From assembly GCA_028534125.1 (NCBI GenBank), contig CM052818.1, positions 43,340,001-43,404,000 on the forward strand: 64,000 nt of DNA, in the 5' to 3' direction. The position numbers and the translations under genes were made by a program. Below are positions 62,190 through 64,000 of this stretch, piece after piece. Origin of the DNA: Lama glama. Taxonomy: Eukaryota. A model generated the notes under the pieces. That model had not been told where the DNA came from and ran no database searches. It saw only the letters and a program-made list of their open reading frames with translations. Each line of letters opens with the position of its first letter. The stretch's first letter is position 1.

Positions 62190-64000
62190 ATTCTAAGTTT
62201 ACTTTTCCCCCCAATACTGCAGGTATTTTCACTCCTCATCATCCTGCTGCTGTCACACTTTAACCAGTCACCACACGGCCGCAGGGCTCGTCCTGCCCCT
62301 TCCCCCTTGAGAACTTGTAACTCCCAGTCTAAGACGGAGGGCCTTTACCGTCCAGCACACATTTACTTCGTTGTTTACTTTCAGTACATAGTGCAGTGGC
62401 TTCAGAATAAGCGTGACCCAGCTGGTCGCACCTTGTACAGTACGGAGTTCCTGAGCAGTTCATTTTGCCTTTAGTCTTACAGGCTCCGGATGTTACTTAG
62501 GGGAGCAGCTCTCTCCCCTACTCCCCTCAAGTGAAGCTGTTTCATATATTTGCAACACAGTCCGTTTCTTTCGTCACATTGTGCGTTCCATTCCAGAATT
62601 CTCCAACCATTGCCTAAAGTATATTTCTTTAACTCTAAGTATGTATCTCTGTTTAATTAGTATACATTAATGTTCACTCTGTGCTATAAAGTGCTATGGG
62701 ATCCAACAAATTCACAGTGTCATGCGTCAACCATTACAGCATTATATGGGAAAAGTTTCACTGCCTTAAAAAATCCCCCATGCTTCACCTATTCAACACT
62801 CCCCTGGCATCTAAACCCGTGGCAACCACTGATATGTTAAATGCCTCTATAGTTTCCCCTTTCCAGAATGTCAAGTAAGTGGGACTTTCAATGTTAACCT
62901 TCTATCTTGTGATCTTCATGTACTCACTTATTAGTTCCAGAAACTTTTGGTTGAATATTTGGGATTTTCTACATGATCAATCGTCACCTATCAATAAAGG
63001 CAATTATATTTCTTCCTTACCGATCTATCTATCTATATACATTTGCCGTATTTCTCACATTACTAGTGTTGACTGAAATAAATGCAGAGCCTAAAAGTTG
63101 AGAGTTATGTTTTATTTGGCCGGAGAACTCAAGCCAGGATGACAGCCTCTCAGATCGATTACTCTGAGGGACTGCTCTGAAGAGGTAGGGGAGGAGCTAG
63201 GATATATAGGAGATTTACAACAAAGACCAGGTAGTTGGAACATTAAAAGATTTCTTGTTAAGGAAAGAAAACCAGGCATCTCAAGTTAAAGAATTGGGCG
63301 CTTTTCTATGTATGGGAGGAAGCAAACATTTGGGCTCATTGAATTCATTCCTTTGACAAGCACCTAGCTATCTAGGGCCAGTATCCTGTCCCTTCTTATT
63401 CTGAGTGCACCAGAGTCTGGGCTGCAGGCTTGTCTTCTCTGGTGGGTAGCGGAGGCAGCTGATGACTTGATGGCTTCAGCATTCTTTGTTTACTGACATG
63501 GTTTGCAGTGTTTTTCGCTCACACTAGTTAGGACTAAAGCATGATATTGAATAGGAGCAGTTGAAGGAGTTTCTCTTTATTTTAATTTTCTAAAAGTTTA
63601 TCATTAATTATAATAATTATAATAATTTTGTATCATTTTGGATCTTGTCAGATGCCTTTTCTGTATCAAGTGATAAGATCATGTTTTATTCTGTGTGTGT
63701 GTGTGTGTATGTGTGCGTGTTGGTAGCCTGTTTGTGTGGTAGATTACATTGACTGGCTTTCGAATGTTAAACCAGCCTTTGCATACTTGAAATAAATTCC
63801 ACTTTAGTACTTTGAATAACCTTTTTGTGTGTTGTAGAATTCGATTTGCCAAAATTATAAGGATCTTTTTCATCTAAGTTAGTGAGATTTATTGTCTGTA
63901 ATTTTCGTTTCTCTAATGTCTCTATCTGGTTTGCTAGTCAGGTAATACTGGACTCATAAAATGAGTTAGAATTTATTTCCTTTGCTTCTATTTTCTGGAG
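62190..64000 (-). mobile_element. L1MD-like LINE (3' UTR and ORF2 pieces), interrupted by an ERV1 LTR; runs off the window
   Basis: gcagttcattttgcctttagtcttacag...ttacttagg...tgtttcatatatttg is an L1MD-type 3' end. The ORF at 63679..63873(-), KILIIILANRILQHTKR..GWFNIRKPVNVIYHTNRL, is an ORF2 RT-proximal remnant. Confidence 0.8.
63067..63523 (-). mobile_element. Young ERV1 solo LTR (457 bp) with perfect 4-bp TSD ctag
   Basis: TG...CA termini, with ctag at 63063-63066 and 63524-63527. Minus-strand TATA (cctatatatc) and AATAAA (ccaaataaaa). The host L1 sequence is continuous across the insertion. Confidence 0.9.

Noticed and set aside
34715..63523. The two related ERV1 LTRs as ends of one provirus
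   Set aside because: They are in opposite orientations, 28 kb apart, clearly diverged, and each has its own TSD (ccac versus ctag).
1..64000. The 60-125 aa ORFs in the supplied track as host genes
   Set aside because: They are short and compositionally biased, and many start at GTG/TTG. The recognisable ones are decayed L1 or ERV-L frames, and no consistent spliced gene model emerges.

Overview
This is AT-rich, CpG-poor eutherian genomic DNA, intronic or intergenic. The young L1 3' ends look camelid/cetartiodactyl, which is an inference, and I saw no Alu, B1/B2, Bov-tA or PRE-1 SINEs. I can support no host protein-coding exon, RNA gene, CpG island or CRISPR array. The short ORFs in the track are chance ORFs or decayed transposon ORFs: L1 ORF1/ORF2 and ERV-L integrase/dUTPase. 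Much of the window is fossil interspersed repeat: L1M/L1MB/L1MC/L1MD, lineage-specific L1 3' ends, L2, MIR, MaLR LTRs (MLT1), an internally deleted ERV-L/MLT2 provirus, ERV1 solo LTRs with 4-bp TSDs, and hAT/Tigger DNA transposons. Subfamily names come from recalled consensus sequences, not from a search, and many boundaries are approximate. The most unusual structure is a ~215-bp composite insertion at 29386-29600. It holds two inverted copies of unique sequence from 1.2-1.6 kb downstream, framed by inverted and direct repeats, which suggests serial template switching. Also notable are a MER77 LTR inserted into the terminal repeat of a MER45B and two possible ancient RTE relics. I found no convincing novel multi-gene system.
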